Source of the DNA: a virus
Length of the DNA stretch: 64,000 nt
Reading direction: 5' to 3' (one strand)
IMG/VR virus record: IMGVR_UViG_3300045988_107889
Location: 1 to 64,000 of that record
Part shown: one piece after another, positions 61,672 through 64,000 of the stretch
Position numbering within the stretch: position 1 is the first letter of the stretch
Layout: each line of letters starts with the position of its first letter
Program-made: the position numbers and the translations under genes
The notes under the pieces: model-generated
Database searches by the model: none
Seen by the model: the letters and a program-made list of their open reading frames with translations, nothing else
Told to the model about the DNA's origin: nothing

Positions 61672-62350
61672 GGCAACTAATGCAACGGATTTGTTGGCTG
61701 CGACAAATCCGTGCAAAATCGTATACAGTAAGAAGGCATGGATGAAGACGTGTTTGCTTGTTATGAATAGGAATCTTGAGGTTGGATGGCACGGAGTTGC
61801 AAGAAGGTTGGAAAATCCAGCTGAGTTTATCGTGGAGGACGTCTTGGTATTCCCCCAGAAGGTCACGTCGGCAAGCACCGAACCTGAAGATGCGGACTAT
61901 GTGAACTGGCAGGATTCTCTTAACACGGAAATATTCAATAAGGTTCGGTTGTACGGGCATTCTCATGTGAACATGGGTGTCAGTCCATCTTCTACGGATA
62001 TAAAGTATAGAGCAGATTTGCTGACAGACGTTGATGATTTCTACGTCTTTCAGATTTTCAATAAGAAAGGCTACATATCCTCACAGGTTTATGATGTTAG
62101 AGAAGGCATCCTGTACGAAAGCGACAATGTGGAACTCGCAGTGGAACGATGGAACCCCGCTGTATATGATTTGTGCAGAGGGTTTTTCGATAACATTGAC
62201 CGGTTTGAGAAGGTGGACGTGCGTGATGTACAGGATGGAATCGAGTGGATCATGAACGCAGCATCCGAGTTTGAAAAATTCATGGAGGACGCAGATAAAA
62301 TTATTGATGAGCGGCCCGATTGGCGTGACGGTAAGATGTTAATTAAGTAA
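61664..62350 (+). CDS. JAB/MPN-family metalloprotease-like protein
   Basis: GHSHVNMGVSPSSTD fits the JAMM motif HxH-x7-S-xx-D. An upstream conserved Glu lies in EFIVEDVLVFPQ. Confidence 0.6.
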   Translation: MNKATNATDLLAATNPCKIVYSKKAWMKTCLLVMNRNLEVGWHGVARRLENPAEFIVEDVLVFPQKVTSASTEPEDADYVNWQDSLNTEIFNKVRLYGHSHVNMGVSPSSTDIKYRADLLTDVDDFYVFQIFNKKGYISSQVYDVREGILYESDNVELAVERWNPAVYDLCRGFFDNIDRFEKVDVRDVQDGIEWIMNAASEFEKFMEDADKIIDERPDWRDGKMLIK

Positions 62351-62523
62351 AAAACATATGTGCCTGTACAGATATGTTAAATTACATATCACTCTTGTCG
62401 GAACGAGGGAGTAACAAATGGCTGTGTCGCTTCAAAAGTTTTCCGCTCTGGGAGTAGGAAAACTTTTTGAACTTAAACAGCTGGTTAGCTGTTCAGAGGT
62501 ACATAAGAAAGGAGAAGACCGGT

Positions 62524-62865
62524 ATGGAGGTATATTGTGTGATAACAGAAACAGACCAGGGTATTGATTTATCCGGTGTTTATTGGAATTTGGAGAGTGC
62601 GGTAGAACACGTGAAACGTAGGTTTTATTCAGTGTTTCAAGAATACGTCGATGATGGATGCGAAATGATTGAAGGTGACAATTTTAATGCTCCAGATAAA
62701 TACGGCGCGACAATTTATCTGGAACCGGACGACTATTGGATTTGGCGTGTTTACTTTGGCGAAGTAAGAGATGAGTGCCTGGTGAGTGGGCCGAACGAAG
62801 TGGTGCCGCCGCTAGAAGGGAAGCGTGTTGACGAAGAGACGCTTATGAATTGTTTGCTGCTATAG
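62524..62865 (+). CDS. small protein with conserved C-terminal tail ...VDEETLMNCLLL (CLLL family, member 1; divergent N-terminal domain)
   Basis: Start at ATG 62524 (RBS aaaggag). Ends AAT TGT TTG CTG CTA TAG. Confidence 0.65.
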   Translation: MEVYCVITETDQGIDLSGVYWNLESAVEHVKRRFYSVFQEYVDDGCEMIEGDNFNAPDKYGATIYLEPDDYWIWRVYFGEVRDECLVSGPNEVVPPLEGKRVDEETLMNCLLL

Positions 62866-62872
62866 AGGTGAT

Positions 62873-63214
62873 ATGATGTTTGAACTTGGGCAGAAAGTTA
62901 CGCTTGCCCCAAAGTCATGGGATGAATTTCGGGGTGCTTTAATGGAGTTGTTTGCGAGAGAGATGATAGTAGATGAATTCTCAACTACTCATAAAGAAAT
63001 GATATTGGTTACAGGGGTGCTTTATGGGGAAGGCGATTCTTGGTTTAACGACCTTCTAATAAATGGAGGTGAGATTATCAAGTGCTATGCTACTGGTTGG
63101 TATATGGTGAATATAAATGGAGTAAAACTGAAATTTCACGAAAGCGTGTTGTGTCTGAAAGAAGACATGAGGTCAGTTGATGAAAAATTGTTCATAAGTT
63201 GCTTATTATTGTGA
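62873..63214 (+). CDS. CLLL-family small protein, member 2 (...VDEKLFISCLLL)
   Basis: RBS agaggtgat. MFELGQKVTLAPKSWDEF N-terminus is paralogous to members 3-5. Confidence 0.7.
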   Translation: MMFELGQKVTLAPKSWDEFRGALMELFAREMIVDEFSTTHKEMILVTGVLYGEGDSWFNDLLINGGEIIKCYATGWYMVNINGVKLKFHESVLCLKEDMRSVDEKLFISCLLL

Positions 63215-63223
63215 GGTGATATA

Positions 63224-63556
63224 ATGTTTAGACCTGGGCAGCGGGTTGAGCTTATTCCCAAAACGTGGGATGAATTTAATGATAACTTACGGGCGGTATT
63301 TCCGAATGGAGCTGTGTCGCAGAGCGTAGACATCATCACAAACGAAAGATTTATATACGCCGACGATGTGATGTACGCGGAGGGCGATCCTTACCTCAGA
63401 GAGTTTATAAGAGACGGCGGCGAGATCGTTGAGTATGAACTTGGCGGTTGGTACAGGATAAGGGTTAGCAAAAAAGAGATGTCTTTCTATAAAAGTGTGT
63501 TGCGGTTAAAGCAATCTATTGATGAGCAGGTTTTTATGAACTGTTTGTTGTTGTGA
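63224..63556 (+). CDS. CLLL-family small protein, member 3 (...IDEQVFMNCLLL)
   Basis: RBS gaggtgat. MFRPGQRVELIPKTWDEF. Confidence 0.7.
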   Translation: MFRPGQRVELIPKTWDEFNDNLRAVFPNGAVSQSVDIITNERFIYADDVMYAEGDPYLREFIRDGGEIVEYELGGWYRIRVSKKEMSFYKSVLRLKQSIDEQVFMNCLLL

Positions 63557-63570
63557 TAAGAGGTGGCGCT

Positions 63571-63840
63571 TTGAATATCGTAGCTGGTCAGAAATTTAGA
63601 GTTAAAAAGTGGTCAGAAAGCAATTCTGACCGCTTTTTTACCAGTAGCCATGAAAAGTATTGCGGGAAAACATTAACGGTGAGAGAAAAAGGTATACATA
63701 GAGGTGTGAGCGGTTACGTTCGCCCGATAATTTGGGCGTACGAATGTAGAGAGGTCGTGTGGTTTTCATGGATGATAGAACCTATTGAGGACCGCCGTCG
63801 TGTTAATGAAAATCTGTTTCTAAGCTGCTTGTTGTTGTAG
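63571..63840 (+). CDS. CLLL-family small protein, member 4 (...VNENLFLSCLLL)
   Basis: Probable TTG start at 63571 after agaggtgg (the ORF-track start is 63553). NIVAGQKFRVKKWSES. Confidence 0.6.
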   Translation: MNIVAGQKFRVKKWSESNSDRFFTSSHEKYCGKTLTVREKGIHRGVSGYVRPIIWAYECREVVWFSWMIEPIEDRRRVNENLFLSCLLL

Positions 63841-63847
63841 GTGATGT

Positions 63848-64000
63848 ATGAAATTTGAAGATATGTATGTTGGGCAAAAGATTAGGGTACGGACTTTAGA
63901 CGACATGGTATCTGACCCTGATTTAACGTATAGACTTGATAAGTCTTTTAAAGTAGCGACGATCAGGTCTAAGGATAATACAACTCATTTGAGCTTAATT
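63848..64000 (+). CDS. CLLL-family-like small protein, member 5 (partial, runs off the window)
   Basis: ATG at 63848 after aggtgatgt. MKFEDMYVGQKIRVRTLDDM parallels the GQK/R-V motif of members 2-4. Confidence 0.55.
   Translation, partial: MKFEDMYVGQKIRVRTLDDMVSDPDLTYRLDKSFKVATIRSKDNTTHLSLI

Noticed and set aside
62400-62545. 47-codon ORF (MAVSLQKFSALGVGKLFELKQLVSCSEV...) as a decayed extra copy of the CLLL family.
   Set aside because: Similarity to the conserved tail (LF..SC) is weak and out of register. It overlaps the better-supported start of member 1. Kept only as a possible remnant.

Overview
The window is almost entirely one temperate siphovirus-type (pro)phage of a low-GC Gram-positive-like host. 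This host guess rests on strong AGGAGG ribosome-binding sites, a GH25/PG-binding endolysin, an r1t-type holin, a lipobox lipoprotein and CCA-encoding tRNAs.

Layout:
- 153-35136 (minus strand): one long late operon. Order is small basic protein, metallophosphoesterase, tyrosine recombinase, HU, small and large terminase, portal, scaffold, capsid, connectors, major tail, a RuvC inserted in the tail module, a 2489-aa tape measure, Dit/Tal, fibres, holin, trimodular endolysin.
- 35211-36065: a lipoprotein moron with its own promoter and terminator.
- 37015-40892 (minus): a gene that, after conceptual removal of two related group I introns (one carrying a GIY-YIG homing endonuclease), encodes a YonO/QDE-1-like single-subunit two-barrel RNA polymerase. 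The introns sit exactly in the DFDGD and DYAKTG motifs.
- 40923-44515 (minus): early genes, driven by a consensus sigma-A promoter.
- 44.6-49.6 kb: a switch region and GC-richer island. It holds operator-like repeats, a 1.1-kb purine-rich non-coding tract with interleaved perfect inverted repeats, a strongly promoted short tyrosine recombinase, and a ~1-kb highly structured non-coding RNA with consensus promoters and a terminator.
- 48661-64000 (plus): an early or anti-defence module. It contains ArdA, a ParB/Srx-like protein and an unknown-plus-JAB pair. It also contains a tRNA array with 10 canonical tRNAs, one tRNA carrying a ~125-nt insertion in the anticodon arm, and other tRNA-like RNAs. 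It ends in a tandem family of small proteins that all finish with -CLLL.

All calls come from reading the sequence and ORF track. No database searches were run.
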